DNA of 64,000 nucleotides from Haliotis rufescens. Lineage: Eukaryota. The notes beneath the pieces are model-generated. The model saw only the letters and a program-made list of their open reading frames with translations. It did not search any database and was not told the origin of the DNA. Numbering within the stretch: the first letter of the stretch is position 1; every line of letters begins with the position of its first letter. Of this stretch, positions 50,496 to 60,000 are shown in pieces. A program made the position numbers and the translations under genes. The stretch is from NCBI RefSeq assembly GCF_023055435.1, contig NW_025964361.1, positions 58,714,001 through 58,778,000 on the forward strand, in the 5' to 3' direction.

Positions 50496-53400
50496 GGTGT
50501 CTAGCCGGTTGAGCCACATTTCTAAAAATGACTTTTGCCGAATGCGCCACATTTTCAGCTGTGTGCATTTCACCTACTCTAGCCGGTAATTAGTTAATCA
50601 GATTACCGATACCTTTAAATGAGTGTCTCACATTTAAATTGAGTAGACTCACCTCAATTAGCTTGTAGAGATTACTAAGCGTGGTGTTCTTTAGAGATCA
50701 ATGGCGGTCTTAATTGACATTGAGTTAATCCTGTTATTCATAACGTATTTAATTGACGTCCTGTTCACTTCATGTCAAACTACAGGAATAGTATTTAAAC
50801 ACAAAAACATGAAACCCGCCTCCCTAAAACTCCAGATAAACAACAAACCAATCCAATTCCTAAAACAAACCAAATTCTTAGGACTAATTTTCGATGAACA
50901 TCTTTCCTGGGACGCTCACATAAATAATCTAATAACTAAATGTAGCAAAGATCTAAATGCGCTAAGATGCCTCACTGGCTCAAACTGGGGGGCCTCGAAA
51001 GACACCCTCCTCTCACTCTATATATCACTAATTAGATCTAAAATAGACTACGGATGTGCCATGTACGACACCCTAAACCAATCCCTAAGCAAAAAACTAG
51101 ACTCAATCCAATATCAGGCTCTAAAACTAATAACACGCACTCAACATGGCACCTCCTACACTTCACTCCAGGCCTTAACAGGAGAAATGCCACTAAGTCT
51201 ACGTAGTGAACAATTAACCCTAAATTTCTGGGCCGCGTCTCAATCCAACCCCCTAATTCAAAGCCTAATAAACAAAAATATAAGCCCCAAAAACCAAGCC
51301 CTAGCTCGAAAACACCCTCTACTTACTCCAATATCCCAAAGAATAACCAATTACTTACATGAACACCAAATAAACAATCTTAAAACAAAACTGTAAAAAA
51401 TCAAATATCTTCACCCCAAAACTTAAAACACCCAAAATAGACATAACACTAGCTAGCACAATAAATAAACAAACCGACCCAAACATAGCTCAAACCACCA
51501 CACTAGCATACATACTTGAAAATTGGCCAAATTGGTGTCACATTTACACAGACGGATCCTCAGATCCGATCTCCAAACACACAGGTTTCGGAGTCCACAT
51601 CACACAACCTACTAAAGCCACACAATCCTACCGACTCCCAAACAATCAATCAATATTCACTGCCGAACTAATGGGCATGGCCTCAGCCCTTTATAATCAA
51701 CAATCTAAAAAACAACAAAAAATCCTAATACTTACCGACTCGCTCAGTGGACTACAAGCCCTCTAAAATAAAAACACCAAAAACCGCCCTGAACTAATAA
51801 ATCAGATACTAAAGAGCTCAAACGATTTAACTAACGCAGGCAAACAAATAGTATTCATTTGGATCCCCGCCCACGTAGGAATATACGGCAATGAAAACGC
51901 CGATAAAGCAGCTAAACTATCCCTTAAAATCCCAGAAATAAGCTTAAACCTACCCATCTCCAAATCAGAAATTAAAAGTGTTACCAAACAAAAAATCACC
52001 AAAAAATGGCATAACCTATATCAAAACTCAAATAGCCAAATCAAAAAGGTTCTCAAAAAAAACCTAACCAAACCAAAAATTTTACATCCGTCCAAAAAAA
52101 TCGACAGAGTAATTACTAAACTCCAAACAGGACATACCAACCTAAATAACCACCACAAAATAATAAGAAAACACGCAACATGAACCTGCCCACATTGCAA
52201 ACAACAAGAAACCCCAGAACACGCACTCATACACTGCACCCACTACCTAACACACCGAACTACACTACAAACCACCCTAAATCTAAATAAGGCTCTTACT
52301 CTAGAAGCAATCCTAAACCCACAAAATAAAATAGAAAAATTCAAAGCCTTAGGCTTCAAAATTTCCAAAATTCTATATAAGCAACCACTAAAACACCCCT
52401 ACTGGATTGCCAAACAACTTATTCCCCTTTTCGGAAACACATTAAATGGCTTGGCCGGGCCCGTGTGCGAAATACGCTGCAGTCGGAAAGCGCACGTAAA
52501 ATCTCCAATATAAGTAAGTAAGTAAGTAAGCACTTTATGTCAGAACCATGGCAAATGCACAAGTTCAAATAAAGTTCATTGAAAGTGGCAGAGGAGGCGT
52601 CATTTTGTACTATGATGGCTTTAAGTTACGGTGTAAGAACAGTCGTGGTGAAAGAAGATACTGGTCCTGTATTGTCAAGGAGTGCACTGCAAGGATCACA
52701 ACTCAGGGTGAGTTGCTCCACGCCACCTCGTGACAAGGTGGATGATGTGTGGCTTGATGCCATTGCTGACTCTCCTGCTGGCCCTAAAGTGACTGCCTCC
52801 ATGGACAATGTGACAACCAGTTGGGTTCAAGGACAGGCCTTCATCCCAGAGATTTGGAATCACTTCGAAAACCAAGGCAACCGTACCAACAATCACCTAG
52901 AAGGGTGGCACAACAAGATAAAGAGACTTGTCAAGAAGTGCCACCGGAACATCTACGAGGTAGTGAAGCTCTTTCAGCGCGAGCAGTCACTCACAGAGGT
53001 TGCAGTCCTGAGACTCTCTCACCAGTGGTCAGAACCTTCACGAAGAAGGAAGTACAAAGCAACCGATGCTCGTATTGCATCCCTCAAGACCCAGCCACTG
53101 AACCAACACCTGAGTGAGATGAAATATGCTGACCACGTGGGCGACCTCCTTCATCTGCAGCAATGACATTATGGTAGTGTTCGGCATCATCAAGCCATGC
53201 AGTAGCGTAATACATCTGTGTCTTACATATAAGTGCAAACATTGTCATTGTTTTGGATGTGCTACACAACAATTCATTACACAATCATGACCCGTAATGT
53301 GACAATGTAATATGACCTGTCATGATATCCATCAATGTGATGTTTTGATGAATATATTATCCCTGTTATGATCTAAAAATGAGAAAACAAGACTTGTTTT

Positions 53401-53555
53401 GTTAAATACGGTAACCTGTTAGAATCACAAAGCATGTTTTGACAGCATAGCCACGAGAGCCACATTCCACAATCATGGAACCGTAACCATTGCCCCGCGA
53501 GCCACATCAATTTTGGCTATCTATTTTCGAAATGTGGCTAAGGCGGCCTGTAACC
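50496..53555 (+). mobile_element. Mutator-like (MULE) DNA transposon, internally deleted, interrupted by a LINE
   Basis: 8-bp TSD gaagattc (50488-50495 and 53556-53563). Imperfect TIRs with GG..CC ends sharing agccacatttc. FLYWCH-like start at 52548 (YDGFKL..YWSC..CTARI) and transposase C-terminus WNHF..RTNNHLEGWHNKIK. The DDE core is missing. Confidence 0.85.
50778..52530 (+). mobile_element. 5'-truncated RNase H-containing LINE (I/Nimb-group-like), defective
   Basis: RT thumb region KFLGLIFDEHLSW..IRSKIDYG; RNase H motifs YTDGS, TAEL, TDSLS, WIPAHVGIYGNENADKAAK; CCHC finger CPHC..ETPEHALIHC; (TAAG)n tail 52511-52530. TSD cacttcatgtca / cactttatgtca (50766-50777, 52531-52542). Internal stops. 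Confidence 0.9.
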
Positions 53556-53787
53556 GAAGATTCCGGGGTAGAATAGGTCTTCAGCAACCCATGCTTGCCG
53601 TAAAAGGTGTCAGACTCGCTGACTTTGTTGATTCATGTCATCAATCCCAATTGCGTGGATCGATGCTCATGACATTAATCACCGGATTGTCTGGTCCAGA
53701 CTCGATTATTTACAGACCGCCGTCATATAGCTGGAATATTGCTGAGTGCGGCGTTAAACAACAAACAAACCAACCAACTAACCAACC
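53556..53787 (+). mobile_element. SINE family 4, 3' part; its head is displaced to 50481-50495 by the MULE
   Basis: Removing the MULE rejoins gacccgtgaagattc with cggggtagaataggtcttcagcaacccatgcttgcc. Confidence 0.85.
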
Positions 53788-54309
53788 TTAGCTGAAAAAT
53801 GCAGATCCAAATTGTCATTAAGCCAGATTCATCAATATATTAAGTACTGCTGACGACGATATCGTGTGGTCCAAAGGTCCAAAGCTTTCTTACATATGTG
53901 CCCCCTGATTTTGCTATAAGATTAATGATCTTTTATCTAGTCTAACCTCCTTGTTATCTTTTGCTATGGCTTCACGTTTTTAAAGTTCAAACTTGGCGTG
54001 CTACTGGTGAGGTGCTAAATGGGTCTTCTGCTGATTCGTTGGTTAGTTTGTTATAATCAATAGGCCATAATCTCGTGAAGATCACGTGTAATATTTTCAT
54101 CAATGTTCACCACCTCTGTGGGAACGAAGGATTTTCTATCATTACCTATACCTATCCCATTCATTGTGGTTCTTTTTGATTCCCCTAATGGTGAAGTTGA
54201 GTGGGTGTGGATTAGGCTTGTCTCCCTGAACAAGATGAATTTCCCTGAAGAGTGTGTGTTCAGTCAATGATTATAGGTTTCTTGCAAACCTGAGGTTAGG
54301 TCTACTAAT

Positions 54310-54700
54310 GCTGTGATGTCTACAGATGGATTCGACGCTCTGCAGCACTTCCATTCCTCCTAGTCACCCTGGTGCACGATGTATGGAAGACGCTCTTGCC
54401 GTTAGACAGACACAAGAGCTCCATGACAACATGACCAATACCTGTTCAATTCCACCATGGTATCCAGAACCACGATGACAAACTTTGGTCATCGACAGAC
54501 AACCATATCGAGGGATGGCACTCTTATCTCAACAAGGTGGGTACAGGGCACATCCTTATGTATATGCTCTTGTCAAAGCGCTGCAGCGATTGAAGATGAT
54601 CGAGAGAAGCAAACTGTCTAAGATGGTCCTTGGTGTCCGTCCCCCACCCGCCAGAGGACTTACAGTGAGGCTGACCATAGACTGTCAAGACGAAGACCAT
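54310..54700 (+). mobile_element. Second, highly degraded MULE transposase relic
   Basis: Frameshifted peptides WIRRSAALPFL..VHDVW, TDNHIEGWHSYLNK and HPYVYALVKALQ, all typical of the MULE transposase C-terminal half. Confidence 0.65.
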
Positions 54701-56618
54701 TTCTGAGGAGGACTGGACACTCCTCTTGAGTTCCTAACTGCTGCATGACACAAGTCCTCCTATAGAACGAGACTCTTCTATGTCTGAAACATTCACATGA
54801 ACAAAACAATGAGTAATAATTGTGACGAGCAGGACTATATCCCTTTAGTTCAAGGTTAAAGGTAGTAATTGAGAATACCACTGGTACATAAATGTGTTTA
54901 TTTAGCACTGTATAGGCATGTCCCACTTTTGGCATTAGTTGACTCCACCCACTTAAAACACTCTGCACAGCAGATTGCGGCGCCTTAGGCCAATGGGCCA
55001 CCACACAGTTGGACCACTCTGGCAAATCAACTTCAAGGAGATAAGAAAGTAAGACACAATATATGTTTTTCATTGAATGCTATAGTTCTTTATTGCTTCA
55101 GAGCAAAGTGTTCAAGTTATGCAGACTACAAATTTGTCACTTCTAACCATTACTGGTGTTATCTTTAGACTTTGCGTTATGTCATGGGGTCTAAAGGGTA
55201 TTATCCTATTGTGAATGATAAGAAAACTTGAGAAATTCTCTTTTCTTATACTGAAATTTGCTTGGTTTTGTATTTGAAATTAAATATTGAACTATGGATA
55301 TACTTCTGTCAGTGACCCTGTTTTACATGTAGTTGTGCACAACATTGACTCAGTCCTCTTGTCATAGGCACGGTGGTATGTGTTAAACCAACTCTCGTTT
55401 ATCAAACAGGATTGTTCCTGCTAGCTGATAACAATACATATGTCCTATCCGGGTCTCAAGGGGAACTACTTGATTTACTGATATATAGGTCATGTCGGGT
55501 CAAAATGTTGTTATGTAATGATAGTCTTAAGCGGGTCACCCGTCTCACTAGCGTGTGGACATGACTTGAAATTACCTGCAGTTTGCAATGACCGGGAGCC
55601 ATTGTGAACATACCTTGTTTCGTTGGAGTATGTGTGCTGTTGTCTGGACGTCTAGTCTCAGGTAGGTGTAACATATATTCGTTGTAACATATGCATATCT
55701 GGTTTCAAATACATCTCGCGTTATTTTTATTCGAGCTCACACTTGATTAGAACGACCAATGAGATTGGGTGAAAGTTAGGGGAATACAGTGAATTATTCA
55801 TCACACAATGATGTCAGGTGAGTTTGTATTAAGTCAGTGTACAACTGTAGCGAATACTGCATTGTGAGTTATTAGGTGGCCATGGACATTTGAAGAATCC
55901 AGCATCACTTTATAAACTATTTCAGTAAGGAGAAGCATGACATCAGAATAGTTAATAATTGATATGATCAGAATATCAGATATTGGTTGGATAGATCAGG
56001 ACGGCCAAATTGTCAAAATTTGTCCCTTTTCCGTGCTTTGTTGACACCGATACGTGTGACATGTGCCATCCAGCTTTGACCTTATGTTTACCAAGTCTCG
56101 CTTTCAAATTTGAATGTTTGGGTGTCTATTCATCATCACAGATAGATGCAATCAACCAGACTCATTATTCGGACAATCATCCGATTCAAGGTCAATGCAT
56201 TTTCACGTTCATGTACAGATCATCTAATCCCCAGATTACAATCTGATTACATTATCAAGCTTGTCTGTGCATTAATGCTTACCCCTTTAACTGAAAGGCC
56301 TTTTTCACTTGTATACTTCAGAATGTGAGGTGAGATACCATTGACAGACAATAGCCTTTGCTTCTTGCCTAGGTAGACAACAATTCTCAAGTGAAAAGTC
56401 CGTGCACTCTCCCGAAACCTGAGACAGAAAGCAGGGATATACAGGTGATCAATGGTCACAGTCTAACAATAGAAAGGTGCACATCAAAAGAACACAAACG
56501 TCAAAGCCGGAACAGATCCCACGCAAAAGTCAAAATGCCAGCGATGGAACACTGAAAATCAGCGTTGACACCAGTTGCTCACGAAAAGGACTGACATTTG
56601 TTCCTACTAGAACTGCTG

Positions 56619-56650
<32 letters not shown>

Positions 56651-57020
56651 GACACCACTTAGGTGCACGAATCATTCACAAGAACACTGACTGCTGGTAG
56701 AAAGGATATTTCAGACTCCAAAACAAAAGGTAGGAAGAAAAAATATCCGCCTCAAAGAATTCATTCCATAGGACTGTCACATATTTTCACCTGCATTTCA
56801 TCGTCCATACCTCGTCAATGTAGTCATATGTCCAAAATCTTATTTATTATTCTTTTTCTACTGACCTAATATTGACATCAATACCCCTTGTCTGAGCAAT
56901 GTCCCCTTTTTGGCCGATAATGTTCATTGAATTCTGAATTTCAATTCCTTTAGATGTACCTAAACCAATGTATTTATTATTACAGATAAATTCTACAAAT
57001 ATTCTTGGGAAACACTGAAA

Positions 57021-60000
57021 ATGAGTTCATCAGATCAGGTACCGGATTGCAACAAGAAATTTCTCTTGCCATGGGTGAAAATATCAAAGCTGGTGACAAA
57101 GCATAAGCAGCATATGACGCCCGAAGAGATAATAAATGACATTCTAAAAAAAAGTTCTAAGTTGCATCAGAAGACCATTCTTCGTCAAATTGTTGACAGC
57201 ATGGAGGAGTTTCATGTGCAGCTGTATTACTCTAAAAGACAGTCTAAAGTAAAATGTAAATTTGATTCTTTTGTTGCTGAAGAAGAAAGAAGTAGGCAAA
57301 CTGTCAATATGAGAATTGACGCGTTGTTGTTTTTCTACAGAAATGTTGGACATGAGCCAGAGATTTATGCACTTACCACTGGCTGTGCTTTGAAATTACT
57401 GAAGGGTCATATCGACTGTGGTTTCCCTAAATATATTGGCCGGCGAATACTAGGTTTCCATCTAAAGGTATTGTCATCAAAACATTTATTTGGGGACAAA
57501 ATTTCATCTTATGCAAACTACTGGCAGACTGAGTCCGAAACATTCCTGTCATTTTGGGACTGTCTTGGTGACATCACAAACAAGTATCAGATGCCTGTCA
57601 AGAAACAGTCGTCAGTATACACACTTCTTACTGGAAATAAGGAACGTGTTGTAAACGTGGAGATCAGTGAAGACAGTATAACATTTCACAAACGTCTTAG
57701 TTGGTTAGATATTTCTGAGCTGTTGACGAAAATGTCTGCAATACTGGATGGATTTGTGACTGATGCAGCAATGGACAAAGATGACCCTCGTTTTGATGTG
57801 TTTGACCACGTAAAACGTGTTAACACGAAAGCTGAAATGAAGAAATATGATGACAAACTGAAAACACTTCTGGCTAAATCATTAAAACTGTTATGTAATC
57901 CATTGCGTCTGAGACTAATGTACAAAGATGTTGAAAGTTGGGTATCGGCAGACGAGTTTCTCCTAGTGATGCCAAGGGCAGCTGGAACATTCATACAAAA
58001 ATGGGAAGGAAGCCCTCCTACATTGGAATCAGTTCTCGGGGCTTGCAGGCGTTATGCCAAGGAAAAGAAAATCCATGATGCTGCCCTGGGAAGATTAGTG
58101 AATGACGTGTCTATTCAGTTTGCGTGTACAGATACAGGTACATACATCATCAGAGGAAAGGCAAAGCTGACAGATCTGATAGAAGGACACTTGCACACTG
58201 ACACGGGCATATCAGTATTCAGATACTGTGGCAAATGGTTTCGTATACACGTTGAATATTTGACACAAGTTGAAGAGCTATTTTCTAAAGTGATGGGAAT
58301 TTGTAATTTAGAACAGGACAAACTTCCATTACCATGGCTATATTCTAGCTCTGATAGCAAAGTGGCAAATGTAGACACCAATGATATCAAATACTGGATC
58401 ACACAACTGAACTTTAGTGAGTGTTGCAACCCCATCGAGGACAAGGCTGATTTTAACGATTTTCTTTTGAATGAAACAAATGTCGTTAAAGTCGAGAAGC
58501 AGCTGATGGCACGATTATTTTCTAAACAAAGAGAAAGGGAATACAACAGTGGATACATACTTTACAACAAGATACCCTCAAAAAGAACTAATGGTGAATC
58601 AGGATTTTTGCTTGGAGACAACATTTTGATGAAGAATATAGAGCTGTTTGATCTACTTTACTACACACCAGAATGTACATATCTGATCCATGTCAAAAAT
58701 GGTTTTGGAAATTCATTCAGGGATGTTTGCTCTCAAATAAGAATATCAGCTGACTTTTTGCACTGTTGTCTCAATGCAACTAACAGGTTCAATTTTCTTA
58801 AAGAATTCTGGAAAATTGCTGCCAACAGAGGGAAAACAACCTACAGAGAGGCTGTAAGACAAATGTATCGAGAGGTGGGATGGTACAGATTTGAACAAAT
58901 GTTCCACAGGAAGATTTGCTTTGTTTTGGCATACAGAGACATTAAAAAATCGTCACAAAGACGAACATTCTCCAGCGCATCATCCAAGAAGCTGACCAAA
59001 CACTGTGGAGAAGACACAGACAGACTATTGAGGAATTTGGCACTTAAGGACTTTCTGGAGGAAAGACAAGGTACATATTATCTCACAGATAAGATTTTCA
59101 AGTTGAAGGCTGATATAGTGAAGGACATCATTAATGTGACCACACGTGTTGCCAAAAAAGTGGCAAGTATTTTGAAAGAAAGAGTTTCCAAGTCATTCAT
59201 TTCTAAAATGGAGTTTGTTCAGTTATACAGCTATTTCAGAAAATATTCAATAGGAAATGGTTTTTCTTTAAGGATTTGCAGAATACAAAACCATACCATT
59301 TCACATTTTTCATTACCCAAATCTTCTGCATCTCCAGTGTCTGATTGGTCAAATACTGGCTTGAGCGAGCATGATGACAGACTGCACACTTATGAGTTTC
59401 ATCACCAGGGGTCTGATCACACAGGGCTTGGTCAACAACAATCTCATGATCTGCAGCCTCATAGACCAAGGTCTGATAGTCAGGGATTGACAAGCTCAGG
59501 GTCACTTACATCAGGTAGTAGTGACCACCATCATCATACAGAGACGTCTGATCAACAGAAATCTGATAGTGAGAGGCTGACTAACTCAGGGTCACTGGCC
59601 TCACATAGTGGTGACCACCGACATCATTGTGAGAAGTCTGACACACGAAAATCTGACACAAGGAAGTCTGATAAACGGAAATCTGTTCGCGAGAGGCTGT
59701 CAAGCTCAGGGTTACTTGCCTCGTGTAGTGGTGACCACCATCATCATAGTGAGAAGCCTGACACAAGGAAGTCTGATAAATGGAAATCTGATAGCGAGAG
59801 GCTGACAAGCTCAGGGTTACTTGCCTCATGTAGTGGTGACCACCATCATCATAGTGAAAAGTCTGACACAAGGAAGTCTGATAAACGGAAATCTGATAGC
59901 GAGAGGCTGACTAACTCAGGGTTACTTGCCTCGTGTAGTGGTGACCACCATCATCATAGTGAGAAGCCTGACACAAGGAAGTCTGATAAACGGAAATCTG

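Noticed and set aside
50701-51396. 231-aa ORF as a host gene
   Set aside because: It is a chimera of MULE 5' sequence and a truncated LINE ORF2, with stops downstream.
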